63,525 nt of DNA, filler included, from Octopus bimaculoides (GCF_001194135.2; 7 parts of 7 records of this genome joined end to end with filler, not necessarily neighbours in it); one strand, 5' to 3'. Positions 40,345 to 53,264 are shown, numbered from the whole stretch's first letter. The notes: generated by a model not told the origin, from the sequence alone. Numbers and translations: made by a program.

Positions 40345-40650
40345 CTATAGCCTCGGGGCGACTTAAGCATTGTGAGGGGATTTAGTACACGGAAACTGAA
40401 AGAAGACTATCGTATATATGTGTATATTTGTGTGTGTGTGTGCGGGTCTGTGTTTGTCCATCCAACGTCGCTTGACAACCGCTGTTGCTGTGTTTACATC
40501 CCCGTAACTTAGCTGTTCGACAAAACACACTGATACAACAAGCACTAGGCTTACAAAGAATAAATACTCGGGTCGATTTATTCCACTAAAGGCGGTGCTC
40601 CAGCATGGCCGCAGTCACGTGACTGAAACAAGTAAAACAATAAAAAGAAA
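40345..40650 (+). mobile_element. SINE family 1, 5'-truncated
   Basis: Part of the head, the internal microsatellite and a complete tail. Confidence 0.85.
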
Positions 40651-40855
40651 CTATGGTAGTTTAATCCTGAGCAACGCCGGGTATCTCTGCTAATATGTCT
40701 ATATACGTACACCCACAACACAATGCACGCAAACACACGTATATCTATATATAATATATATTGCATATACACTATGTATGTGTGTGTGTATGTGTATTAT
40801 ATATATATATATATATCTTTTCTCAGCTGAATAGAGAGATTAATTATATACATAC

Positions 40856-40890
<35 letters not shown>

Positions 40891-41260
40891 NNNNNNNNNN
40901 NNNNNNNNNNNNNNNNNNNNNNNNNNNNNNNNNNNNNNNNNNNNNNNNNNNNNNNNNNNNNNNNNNNNNNNNNNNNNNNNNNNNNNNNNNNNNNNNNNNN
41001 NNNNNNNNNNNNNNNNNNNNNNNNNNNNNNNNNNNNNNNNNNNNNNNNNNNNNNNNNNNNNNNNNNNNNNNNNNNNNNNNNNNNNNNNNNNNNNNNNNNN
41101 NNTATATAATATATATAAGGGCAATACTATACCTGAATGCCCTTATATAAACAAATATATTTTAGGGAATAAATGATGGATTTTTCCCTTATGAGATTTT
41201 TTCACGCTAGCTACTTGATAAATTCTTATAAAAGACTTTATCCTATTATTGAATTATATG

Positions 41261-41293
<33 letters not shown>

Positions 41294-41493
41294 TATTTAT
41301 GTATATAATTAATCTCCTCTCTATGCAGCTGAGAAAAGATAACCATCACGAAAAAGTAGTGATGGGACGTTGATGCAAGCAACAAGTATTGGAATGTCTC
41401 TCTGACGTCGCTACGGTGCAGAAACAACTTAATCGATGAGATTTATGGGTGGATGGTAGAGAGATGGGATGGATTAGCCAGGACGGGCTGAAA

Positions 41494-41659
41494 TAGTGAA
41501 TTGCAATTTAGGATTAATCATAGATATGATTGTATTTAGATAGGTTCCTCAGTAAATATATAATTTTCCCCAAAAATCCGGTGCGGGGGATTTTCACCTC
41601 GCCCCCACCCTCTTCCGAACCACCAAAATAAGAAATTTGTGGGAAAGTAGGTCATATGC

Positions 41660-41661
<2 letters not shown>
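41494..41661 (+). repeat. 168-bp segment repeated, apparently identically, at 42123-42290 across an N-gap
   Basis: Constant offset of 629 bp; no difference seen by eye. Confidence 0.95.
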
Positions 41662-41708
<47 letters not shown>

Positions 41709-41716
41709 CATATATA

Positions 41717-41877
41717 GCGCAATGGCCCAGTGGTTAGGGCAGCGGACTCGCGGTCTTAGGATCGCGGTTACGATTCCCAGACCGGGCGTTGTGAGTGTTT
41801 ATTGAGCGAAAACACCTAAAAGCTCCACGAGGCTCCGGCAGGGGATGGTGGCGAACCCTGCTATACTCTTTCACCAC
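41717..41877 (+). mobile_element. SINE family 3 (tRNA-derived head), cut by gap
   Basis: Box A TGGCCCAGTGG, D-arm GCCC/GGGC and box-B-like GGTTACGATTCC. No acceptor or T stem, and it continues into a non-tRNA body. Confidence 0.75.
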
Positions 41878-42324
41878 NNNNNNNNNNNNNNNNNNNNNNN
41901 NNNNNNNNNNNNNNNNNNNNNNNNNNNNNNNNNNNNNNNNNNNNNNNNNNNNNNNNNNNNNNNNNNNNNNNNNNNNNNNNNNNNNNNNNNNNNNNNNNNN
42001 NNNNNNNNNNNNNNNNNNNNNNNNNNNNNNNNNNNNNNNNNNNNNNNNNNNNNNNNNNNNNNNNNNNNNNNNNNNNNNNNNNNNNNNNNNNNNNNNNNNN
42101 NNNNNNNNNNNNNNNNNNNNNNTAGTGAATTGCAATTTAGGATTAATCATAGATATGATTGTATTTAGATAGGTTCCTCAGTAAATATATAATTTTCCCC
42201 AAAAATCCGGTGCGGGGGATTTTCACCTCGCCCCCACCCTCTTCCGAACCACCAAAATAAGAAATTTGTGGGAAAGTAGGTCATATGCATATGTGTGTGT
42301 GTGTGTGTGTGTGTGTTCTTTTTT

Positions 42325-42650
42325 TTTCTTTTTATTCTTTTTACTTGTTTCAGTCATTTGACCGCGACCGTGCTGGAGCACCGCCTTTTAGTCGAACAAA
42401 TCGACCCCAGGACTTATTCTTTGTAAGCCTAGTACTTATTCTATCGGTCACTTTTGCCGAACCGCTATTTTTTACGGGGGACGTAAACACACCAACATCG
42501 GTTGTCAAGCAACCGACGTGGGGGGACAAACACAGACACACAAGCATTATACACACACATACATATATATTTATATATATACGACGGGCTGAACCTGGAA
42601 CTATGTGGTTGGTAAGCAAGCTACTTACCACACAACCACACCTCCGCCTA
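42325..42650 (-). mobile_element. SINE family 1 with head deletion; an extra tail follows at ~42670-42765
   Basis: Reverse complement of the family tail and the first ~50 bp of the head. Confidence 0.85.
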
Positions 42651-43934
42651 TGAATACATGTATATATTATTTTATTCTTTTACTTGTTTCAGTCATTTGA
42701 CTGCAGCCATGCTGGAGCACTGCCTTTATTCGAATAAATAGACCCCAGGACTTATTCTTTGTAAGGTATCCAGTTCGATGCCCTGACAGTCCCACCAACC
42801 CACCGCACTGGATAAATACTTTATTCTATTCGCCCCCAAAAGAGTGAACGGTAAGGTCGTTCATGGCGGGATTTGAACTCAGAACAAAGAGAACCAAAAT
42901 TAATCCTGCAATGCACTTTTAATTCGGTGCTCTAACAGCCCCACAAACCCAATTTTATTAACTCCGAAAAACGAGTAAAGAGTATAAAGGTCGATTNNNN
43001 NNNNNNNNNNNNNNNNNNNNNNNNNNNNNNNNNNNNNNNNNNNNNNNNNNNNNNNNNNNNNNNNNNNNNNNNNNNNNNNNNNNNNNNNNNNNNNNNNNNN
43101 NNNNNNNNNNNNNNNNNNNNNNNNNNNNNNNNNNNNNNNNNNNNNNNNNNNNNNNNNNNNNNNNNNNNNNNNNNNNNNNNNNNNNNNNNNNNNNNNNNNN
43201 NNNNNNNNNNNNNNNNNNNNNNNNNNNNNNNNNNNNNNNNNNNNNNNNNNNNNNNNNNNNNNNNNNNNNNNNNNNNNNNNNNNNNNNNNNNNNNNNNNNN
43301 NNNNNNNNNNNNNNNNNNNNNNNNNNNNNNNNNNNNNNNNNNNNNNNNNNNNNNNNNNNNNNNNNNNNNNNNNNNNNNNNNNNNNNNNNNNNNNNNNNNN
43401 NNNNNNNNNNNNNNNNNNNNNNNNNNNNNNNNNNNNNNNNNNNNNNNNNNNNNNNNNNNNNNNNNNNNNNNNNNNNNNNNNNNNNNNNNNNNNNNNNNNN
43501 NNNNNNNNNNNNNNNNNNNNNNNNNNNNNNNNNNNNNNNNNNNNNNNNNNNNNNNNNNNNNNNNNNNNGGGGGGGGAAGTCTTTCCATATGTTTGTCAGT
43601 TTATTGTTGTTGTTGTTGTTGCTGCTGCTTCTCTTGTTGTTGTTACTGTTGTTCTTGCTACTACTGTTTAGCCTCAAGATCCAGGCAGATCTATGAAAAA
43701 AACGCATTCCATCCGTGAACATCCCGTCTTTTTTTTTCCCAGGAATACATTATCCGACGTGTCCTTCCATTTTAACGCTCTAGGTTGTTATTTCTAGAAA
43801 TTGGAACAACCTCATAGAAGCTCGTTGACTCATCACTTGCAGCCTGTGTGATGAGGTGGCGCTGGTGCCGTAGACAGAGTGACGCTGCTGTTATTAATGT
43901 TGGGCGGCGCAAATTCAGTTTTTTTTTTAAAGTT

Positions 43935-44321
43935 GTTTTTGACTGCAAATCGATACCAGTTCTCGTCGAAAGCTTGGTGCTTTTCTAATCAGTCTCTTTT
44001 GCCGAACTGTTAAATTACAGGGACGTAAACAAACCAACGTGGGTTATCAAGTGGTGGCAGCAGACAAACACAAACACACACACATATATACATACATATT
44101 CATATATTCATATGTATGTATGTATGTATATGTGATTGTATGTATGTATGTATGTACGTATGTATGACGGGTGTCTTTTAGTTTCCGTCTAAAAGATCCA
44201 CTCAGAAGGCTTTGGTCGGCCCGGACCTATAATAAAAGACACTTGTATAAAGTGTCACGCAGTGGGACTGAACCCAAGACCACATGGTTGTGAAGCAAGC
44301 TTCTTACCCACACAGCCACAC
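43935..44321 (-). mobile_element. SINE family 1, near full length
   Basis: Reverse-complement head (CTTACCCACACAGCCAC, GTGGGACTGAACCC), internal microsatellite and degenerate tail. Confidence 0.85.
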
Positions 44322-44997
44322 GGTATGGACAATATTAGTGAAAGTGACAGTAGAGGTGATAGTTGTGCTGTTTATGGTGGTGGTGGTGGTGGTAGCGTCA
44401 CAAGTAATAGTAGAATCAGTTGTGTTCATGATGGTTGTAATGGTGGAGATATGGTGTGTTTTAGGTTTTGTTTTGTGTTCTGATGTGTGTATTGCATCTA
44501 TAATTAATCGCTAATTTTCGCGAAAAGATCTATGTAGTATGAATGTATTCTTTATTAATGTTTTCCTATTTAAGTTTGTCTTCTGAAGGAACACTATGAA
44601 AATAAACATACGTAGACAACATACACACCTTACAAACAGGATAAGCACTTGACCTGTAACTCTGACCATCAAAATACATGCCTGATGATGTCTGCATAAA
44701 TAAAGCTGCTCACTATAAAAAAAAAAGACTAAAAAAAGAAAAAGAAAAGGTAGTACAACAGCTAACAACACTCCTTATCCGAATGACGAGTCTGAGATAG
44801 TCTGCAAAACGTCTTTAATAATGAATTTAGGGACTTTGTTTTTATGAAATGTCTGCAAAGTAGTTTAGACGGAGATGAAAAACTTATAGTAGTAATTAAA
44901 CTGGTACAGAGTCATGTTTTTAATATAATACATATATACATACATACATAGATACATACATGCATACATACATACATATATACATACATACATACAA

Positions 44998-45206
44998 GGA
45001 GGCGAGCTGGCACAATCGTTAGCACGCCGGGCAAACTGCTTAGCGGCTTTTCGTCTTTTGTGTTCTGAGTTCAAATTCTACCGAAGTTGGCTTTGCGGTT
45101 TATCTCTTTCGAGACCGATAAAGTATCTACCAGATGAACTCTGGGATCGACGTAATCGACTTGTCCCGTCCATGATATTGCTGGCCTTGTGCCAAAATTT
45201 GAAACC
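44998..45206 (+). mobile_element. SINE family 2, full length
   Basis: GGAGGCGAGCTGGCACAATCGTTAGCACGCCGG..GAGTTCAAATTC..GGCCTTGTGCCAAAATTTGAAACC. Confidence 0.9.
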
Positions 45207-45253
45207 AATATAATACACATATAAGCATCATGCATACACACACACACATATAT

Positions 45254-45431
45254 GGAGTGACTGTGTGGTAAGAAGCTTGCTTTTCAACCATTTGGTTCCG
45301 GGTTTAGTCCCACTGCGTGGGACCTTGGGCAAGGTTGTTCTACTATAGCCTTGGGCCGACCAAAGCCTTGTGAGTAGATTTGGTAGGCGGAAACTGAAAG
45401 AAGCCTGTCGTATATATATATATATCTATCT

Positions 45432-45474
<43 letters not shown>

Positions 45475-45600
45475 CATATATGTATTTGTGACTCTGTGTT
45501 TGGCCCCTCATCCCCCACCCCCACCATTGCTTGACAACCGATGTTGGTGTGTTTATGTCTCCTTAACATGGTGGCTCAGCAAAAGAGACAGATAGCATAA
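45254..45600 (+). mobile_element. SINE family 1 (cut by gap)
   Basis: Head, microsatellite and the start of the tail. Confidence 0.85.
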
Positions 45601-46123
45601 NNNNNNNNNNNNNNNNNNNNNNNNNNNNNNNNNNNNNNNNNNNNNNNNNNNNNNNNNNNNNNNNNNNNNNNNNNNNNNNNNNNNNNNNNNNNNNNNNNNN
45701 NNNNNNNNNNNNNNNNNNNNNNNNNNNNNNNNNNNNNNNNNNNNNNNNNNNNNNNNNNNNNNNNNNNNNNNNNNNNNNNNNNNNNNNNNNNNNNNNNNNN
45801 NNNNNNNNNNNNNNNNNNNNNNNNNNNNNNNNNNNNNNNNNNNNNNNNNNNNNNNNNNNNNNNNNNNNNNNNNNNNNNNNNNNNNNNNNNNNNNNNNNNN
45901 NNNNNNNNNNNNNNNNNNNNNNNNNNNNNNNNNNNNNNNNNNNNNNNNNNNNNNNNNNNNNNNNNNNNNNNNNNNNNNNNNNNNNNNNNNNNNNNNNNNN
46001 NNNNNNNAAATACACATAAAAAAAAAGAAAGATCTCTCTCTCTCTCTCTCTTTCTCTCTTTCTCGTTGTCGTTCTTTTAGCTCCACAGCGACATCAATTC
46101 CACTTTGCTACACGTTCACTCAC

Positions 46124-46490
46124 CTGTTGCATGTTGTTGCTGCTTGCTGCATTGCAAAATCCGATCGATAATGGGTTGCTGTTTATGACGGAGAGGGTGG
46201 TGGTGGGGAGAGGGGGGAGGAATAACGAAAAAGATCGAGTTGAATGGAAAAAGAAGAGAGAGAGAGAGAGAGAGACAGACAGAGAGAGGAAGAACTGCAG
46301 CTGGTGCAGCGAATTGGTGAGAGGGGGGGGGAGATGAGGAAGAGGGGAGAGAGAGTGAACGACCGACAGGGAAAGCTGCAGCCATAAGAAATAGAGTAAA
46401 GCCAAACAACATCGATAAGAATTAATACCAATTATTCGAAGCAACAGTTGGGAGTGCAGCATCGATATTGGCTGGCAACCGCGACACAAC
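46124..46490 (-). other. Candidate first exon with CT-rich leader and strong donor
   Basis: Minus strand ends ...AACAACATGCAACAG|GTGAGTG, a consensus donor. The sequence is unique and moderately CpG-containing with (CT)n tracts. Possible starts are MQQ| (46132) or MQQAATTCN| (46152). The 5' boundary is a guess. Confidence 0.33.
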
Positions 46491-46989
46491 GTTGTGTGTG
46501 TATATCTATCTATCTATCTACCTATCTATCTATCTATTTATCTATCTATCCATCTATCTATCCATCCATCCATCTATCTATCNNNNNNNNNNNNNNNNNN
46601 NNNNNNNNNNNNNNNNNNNNNNNNNNNNNNNNNNNNNNNNNNNNNNNNNNNNNNNNNNNNNNNNNNNNNNNNNNNNNNNNNNNNNNNNNNNNNNNNNNNN
46701 NNNNNNNNNNNNNNNNNNNNNNNNNNNNNNNNNNNNNNNNNNNNNNNNNNNNNNNNNNNNNNNNNNNNNNNNNNNNNNNNNNNNNNNNNNNNNNNNNNNN
46801 NNNNNNNNNNNNNNNNNNNNNNNNNNNNNNNNNNNNNNNNNNNNNNNNNNNNNNNNNNNNNNNNNNNNNNNNNNNNNNNNNNNNNNNNNNNNNNNNNNNN
46901 NNNNNNNNNNNNNNNNNNNNNNNNNNNNNNNNNNNNNNNNNNNNNNNNNNAAAAATTTGTAAAACTTTCCAGAAGTTTATCATTTAAAT

Positions 46990-47430
46990 ATATATGAGCA
47001 TGTCCAGATATGCAACTATATGCATGAGAATACATACATAAAACAAAGCATACAAATCTACACATATACATACATACATACATCCATACATACATAACCT
47101 ATTGTTGATGTTGAAATTCCAATGTAGGAGCCTTGGATCTAGGTTAGAAACTGGCTCTTTCTCTATTGGCAAGAGATCTTGAAATAAAACTGAACAATGA
47201 CATACATACATATTACGTATGCGCATGTCTAGACATGCAACTATATGCATAAGAATGCATACTTAAAGCAAATTATACAAATCTGTGCATGCATTGACTC
47301 CGGCTACCGCATACATACTCAGCTGATGTTGTTGAAATTCCAACGAAGGAGCTTTGGATCTAGATTAGCAACCAGCTCTTTCCCTATTGGCAAGGCATCT
47401 TGAAATAAAAGTGAATAGTAATGTCCAGAC
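46990..47430 (+). repeat. Diverged tandem duplication, ~225-bp unit x2
   Basis: GCATGTC.AGA.ATGCAACTATATGCAT..GAAT and GTTGAAATTCCAA.G.AGGAGC.TTGGATCTAG.TTAG.AAC..GCTCTTT..CTATTGGCAAG..ATCTTGAAATAAAA each occur twice. Confidence 0.85.
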
Positions 47431-47725
47431 ATACGTATGTATTGATTTCCTGGAAAAAAAAAAAAGGAAAAAAGTTAGTGATCAAAAGGAAGCGACATTG
47501 GTCGCTTTTATAAAAGTGCAAGCATATGTTACAGAATTTGTTCTGGTCAATTAACTCAGGTGCGCCAAGCGTCAGATCCTTAAAACCAACCATTTCTCTT
47601 CTCCCTCCCTCACACCCACGTCTCTCTCGCTATCGGTTATTTTACGTGGGCGAAAGTCTGCGACGTGTACGCAGATGAAGAGTCGTGTGATTCGTGTGTG
47701 TGTGTGTGTGTGTGTGTGTGTCTGA

Positions 47726-47773
<48 letters not shown>

Positions 47774-47977
47774 NNNNNNNNNNNNNNNNNNNNNNNNNNN
47801 NNNNNNNNNNNNNNNNNNNNNNNNNNNNNNNNNNNNNNNNNNNNNNNNNNNNNNNNNNNNNNNNNNNNNNNNNNNNNNNNNNNNNNNNNNNNNNNNNNNN
47901 NNNNNNNNNNNNNNNNNNNNNNNNNNNNNNNNNNNNNNNNNNNNNNNNNNNNNNNNNNNNNNNNNNNNNNNNNNNNN

Positions 47978-48017
<40 letters not shown>

Positions 48018-48137
48018 ATAAATAATACCGCGATAATATAAGTGGCCAGCAAGCATTAAAGCCAAAAAGGCAAATTTATGAATTTATGATTAATTATCAA
48101 TTATAATTTTAGGTACACGATGTACCAGCGTTGCTGT

Positions 48138-48195
<58 letters not shown>

Positions 48196-49124
48196 GGATA
48201 TCTATACTACTTCGCCTCTCACTATACCCCTACACTTAATCCATATGAATCATGCACGATTCCCATCGAACTCCGGGCTATATTAACCCCTCTGCCAACC
48301 ATCCCCGAAGCTCATCAGTTGAATCGAATCTTCACTGCAGCGACACCAGAGACACATTCCAATACTTGTTGCTGCATCAACGGACACCACTTGCAACGCA
48401 ACGATGCGCTCCATTTGCTGCATCGAATGGCATGATAAACCGCCCATACATATTTGAACGTGACGTGTTCTTTGATAGAGAAACACACACACACAAACAC
48501 AAACACACACACAGTTATATTATATATTGTATTATATTATATTTACACACACAAACAGGGGGAGAGAAAGAGAGAAGATGGAGAACTTTATTACTATATA
48601 CCGATTTGTTGGGTATGCACGCAAACACACATATACACTTATGTATCGCTGCGTATACCTATAATAACATAGTGGATGATATGTTTGTGCTTGTGCATTG
48701 ATACAGAGCATGCAACATTGCCATTTATCGTTGAAAAGATTTAACCAAACAAAAAATAATTCAATACAACGTTCTGACCTTTGAAATACAGAACTAAATA
48801 TAACCACACACACACACGCACGTATGCACACATACACACACATACGCACGCACACACGAGAGCATACATACAGTTGTAATTACAGTCGAAAACATTGAGC
48901 AAAGGGAAGTAACTCAACACTACTTGGTATGGAACATATACAGAAAAATATACATACTCATCGACAGAGCTTCCCCCGGACTATTCAAACCCTTACAGAA
49001 ATTGAGACCTTCTACCTTTGCATTGAACTGGTTTCCACATTGCTGTTATTGTTGAGTCCCAGATCAGCTCTGGTTACGTAGGACAATGATCAAAGATATC
49101 CCAGCCGTGAGCATCCCGTGCTTA

Positions 49125-49290
49125 ACGGCTTTCGCCCAGCTTTACGTTCCAAGTTCAAATTTCACCGACACCGACTCTGCCTTTCATCCGAATCGGGCCA
49201 ATAAAATAAGTAACTGTTGAACACTTGGATCGATGTACTCGATTTCCCCTCGACTCAAACACTGCCGGACCTGTGCTAAAGCTTGAAACC
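49125..49290 (+). mobile_element. SINE family 2, diverged
   Basis: AAGTTCAAATTTC..GACTCTGCCTTTCATCC..GATAAAATAAG...CCTGTGCTAAA. Confidence 0.7.
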
Positions 49291-49978
49291 ACACATGTGA
49301 TATTTACCAATGAAACCTGCATCTGCTGACATCCAGTGTTCTTTCTTAATTCTTCTTTTCCTTTTCCTTTTGATGATCCTTACTTCCACTTGCGTAGCAA
49401 CTGGGTTTTCTTTCATTCATTACCAATCTGACTGGCCTTCTATCCGCCCCCTTAAAGATGTACAGCACAGGAATGGTGTTACAATCTTCGGGGTTCGTGT
49501 GGCATAGATGTCCGTTCAGATTTTACGTAGCCAAAATTTGTAAAAGTCACTACTGTACTTATCATATATCTGTAATATGGCGCGAAGGTAACGAGAAGCC
49601 AAGTATAAAAGAACGTACCAACATCTCTGGTCGTTAATTGAGAGTTCCAAAGACCTTTGCTCTGCGTCAATAGGCTACTCTTTTATGTCCCTACGGTCTT
49701 ACCTTGACCTTCAAAATCAGGCACACGCTTCGATATACTCTATTACGGATGACGAAATAGTCGTTCTACCACACATAGGCCACAGCGTCCTGAAATTTCT
49801 TTCGAGAAAATATGGAAATCTCCCTCGCATTTTGGAAAGCAAATTATATCGCGTCATTTCACACGCATGTACGCACGCACGCACGTACTCACGCACGCAC
49901 ACGCGCAAACTTTAGATCGCTAGCCACTACACATTATTTTTTCTCACCGTGTTTCTCTCATTGTTTCTTTCTTTGTTC

Positions 49979-50014
49979 CTTTCTGTGGAAGAGCGTAAGC
50001 TCGAAATGTTAAAG
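49979..50014 (+). ncRNA. Minimal type I hammerhead-like motif, variant core (A6U), in the same repeat as 3884
   Basis: CUUU-CUGUGGA-A-GAGC(GUAA)GCUC-GAA-AUGU-U-AAAG. Confidence 0.5.
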
Positions 50015-50125
50015 ACTTTTTCACTTCCCGAGCGTTATACTAATACATCCATTTGTTGTTTACACCACCTGTCTTCGTCTGTTGTTTTTTCTTGTGAATT
50101 CTCCCTATATATGTGTGTGTGTGTG

Positions 50126-50225
50126 NNNNNNNNNNNNNNNNNNNNNNNNNNNNNNNNNNNNNNNNNNNNTTAATTAATTAANNNNNNNNNNNNNNNNNNN
50201 NNNNNNNNNNNNNNNNNNNNNNNNN
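50126..50225. other. Artificial 100-bp scaffold-join spacer
   Basis: 44N-TTAATTAATTAA-44N. Confidence 0.95.
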
Positions 50226-50582
50226 CCACCACTGCCACCTCATCATCATCATCATCGTCATCATCATCATCATCGTCATCGTCGTCGTCGTCGTCGTAGT
50301 CGACATAGTCATCTTCGTTATTATTCTCCTCCTCCTCCTCCGCATCATCATCAATGACATCATCATCATCATCATCATCATCATCACCACCACCACCACC
50401 ACCACCACTACTACGAGCACCACCACCACTACTACGAGCACCATCACCAGCATCACCACCATTGCCGCCTCCGTCGTCATGGCCGTCATCGNNNNNNNNN
50501 NTACTACGAGCACCATCACCAGCATCACCACCATTGCCGCCTCCGTCGTCATGGCCGTCATCGTAATCATCGTCGACGTCGC

Positions 50583-50627
<45 letters not shown>

Positions 50628-51243
50628 CACCACCATCACCACCACCATCATGATCACCATTACCACCTCACCCCACCCCACCCCTCCACTCCCACCATCA
50701 ACTTCGTCGTCGTTGTCGTCATAGTCTTAATCATTGCCATCATTTTCCTCCTCCTCCTCCTCCTCCTCCTCCTCATCATCATCATCATCTTCATCGTCGT
50801 CGTCATCATCATCATCATCATCGTCGTCGTCATCATCATCATCGTCATCATCATCATCATCATCATCGTCGTCGTCGTCGTCGTCATCGTCATCATCATC
50901 ATCGTCATCATCATCATCATCATCATCATCATCGTCGTCGTNNNNNNNNNNNNNNNNNNNNNNNNNNNNNNNNNNNNNNNNNNNNNNNNNNNNNNNNNNN
51001 NNNNNNNNNNNNNNNNNNNNNNNNNNNNNNNNNNNNNNNNNNNNNNNNNNNNNNNNNNNNNNNNNNNNNNNNNNNNNNNNNNNNNNNNNNNNNNNNNNNN
51101 NNNNNNNNNNNNNNNNNNNNNNNNNNNNNCAACAACATTAATAGCGACAAGAGCAAGAAGAATACAGAGCAGAGACATAAGGTGAACTCGATATAAATTG
51201 CTTAACGAAATGAAAGAAAAATTAAAGAAATAATACCAAAAAT

Positions 51244-51323
<80 letters not shown>

Positions 51324-51474
51324 TAACAGAAAGAACTATGCGTAATAGTTTTAATAGGAAGATATTTGTTCCAGAGCTTTATGTGTAAGAACGCTGGAAA
51401 GAATGAAAGGAGACGAAAATAATGATGACTATGGTGATGGTGTTGATCTGTAAAGGATAAAAAAATGATGACCG

Positions 51475-51512
<38 letters not shown>

Positions 51513-51713
51513 GTAGTTGATGATGATGATGGTAGTTGATGGTGTTGGTGTTGATGGTGGTGGTGATGACGATGACGACGACGACGACGACGACGATGAT
51601 GATGATGATGATGAGGATACATTGACAATGGTGATGATGATGATGACGATGATGATGATGATGATGATGATGATGACGACGACGATGATGATGATAATGT
51701 CAATGATGATGAC

Positions 51714-51767
<54 letters not shown>

Positions 51768-51919
51768 AATGACGATAATGATGGTAATGATATGATCATG
51801 CTGGCAAGAGCGATGATGATTAGGATGATGATGATGATGGTGGTGGTGATGATGATGAGGATTATAGTATTAACGTTATTGGCGATATTGATGCTAATTA
51901 TTTTAATGATGACTAATAT

Positions 51920-51971
<52 letters not shown>

Positions 51972-52080
51972 GACGATGATGATGATGATGATGGTGGTGG
52001 TGCTGGTGCTGGTGAGGATTGATGATGGTGAAGATGATGGAGATGATGATGTTGGTGGTAGTGATGATGATGATGATGGA
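50226..52080. repeat. Low-complexity trinucleotide domain: (CAT/CGT/CAC)n block, central (CAG)n, then (GAT/GAC/GGT)n block
   Basis: Read directly; it is the source of the poly-S/H/M/D ORFs. Confidence 0.95.
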
Positions 52081-52193
52081 GGACGTAAAGATCTCGGAAT
52101 GGGAAAGCAGCACAATGGTGACTTAATGATCCCTTCCAGAATTCGTTAATGTCTGGCTTAGAACTGAAATGAGATTCGTTAGAAAATGAAGTC

Positions 52194-52292
<99 letters not shown>

Positions 52293-53264
52293 TAAAACAC
52301 ACACACACAAAAAAAATACATCAACAGTGAAAAAAAAAACTAACAATTTATGTAAAACTATATAAATATGTAAATATAAATAAAAAAATATTTTTAAAAA
52401 TGTATAACAAACAAATGCTGACGACGACAACAACAACAACAACAACAATAATAATAATAATATATGTAAATAAAAATACTTGTACTTTCTGTTCAATGCA
52501 ATTTATTTAAAGCAGCTATTCTCATCGGTGTGTGACTGTGGCTAACTTATATATGTAGATGTGTGCGTGTGTGTGTATGTGTGTGTATATGTGTGTGTAT
52601 GTGTGTGTGTGTAAATCTATAACTATGCATAATATAATATAATATATATAATAGAGTACATATATATATATATATATATAAATCTTATATATATGTATAC
52701 ATCTTTAAATTGTTTCAGTTTCAAAGCTGCAATCATACTGGGGTACCACCGTTATATAATATATATATTATATAATATATATATAATATACTGTATATAT
52801 ANNNNNNNNNNNNNNNNNNNNNNNNNNNNNNNNNNNNNNNNNNNNNNNNNNNNNNNNNNNNNNNNNNNNNNNNNNNNNNNNNNNNNNNNNNNNNNNNNNN
52901 NNNNNNNNNNNNNNNNNNNNNNNNNNNNNNNNNNNNNNNNNNNNNNNNNNNNNNNNNNNNNNNNNNNNNNNNNNNNNNNNNNNNNNNNNNNNNNNNNNNN
53001 NNNNNNNNNNNNNNNNNNNNNNNNNNNNNNNNNNNNNNNNNNNNNNNNNNNNNNNNNNNNNNNNNNNNNNNNNNNNNNNNNNNNNNNNNNNNNNNNNNNN
53101 NNNNNNNNNNNNNNNNNNNNNNNNNNNNNNNNNNNNNNNNNNNNNNNNNNNNNNNNNNNNNNNNNNNNNNNNNNNNNNNNNNNNNNNNNNNNNNNNNNNN
53201 NNNNNNNNNNNNNNNNNNNNNNNNNNNNNNNNATATATAATATTCTTTTCTACTATAGAAGCAA

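Noticed and set aside
41717-41790. tRNA gene
   Set aside because: Only the D-arm and A/B boxes are present; no acceptor or T stem, and it continues into a SINE body.
48262-48322. Minus-strand CTGATGA followed by a 10-bp hairpin as a hammerhead
   Set aside because: No GAAA after the helix and no stem III or NUH site.
50178-52149. Poly-His/Ser/Met/Asp ORFs as a biomineralisation or metal-binding protein
   Set aside because: All frames are similarly open through pure triplet repeats, with no unique coding flank.
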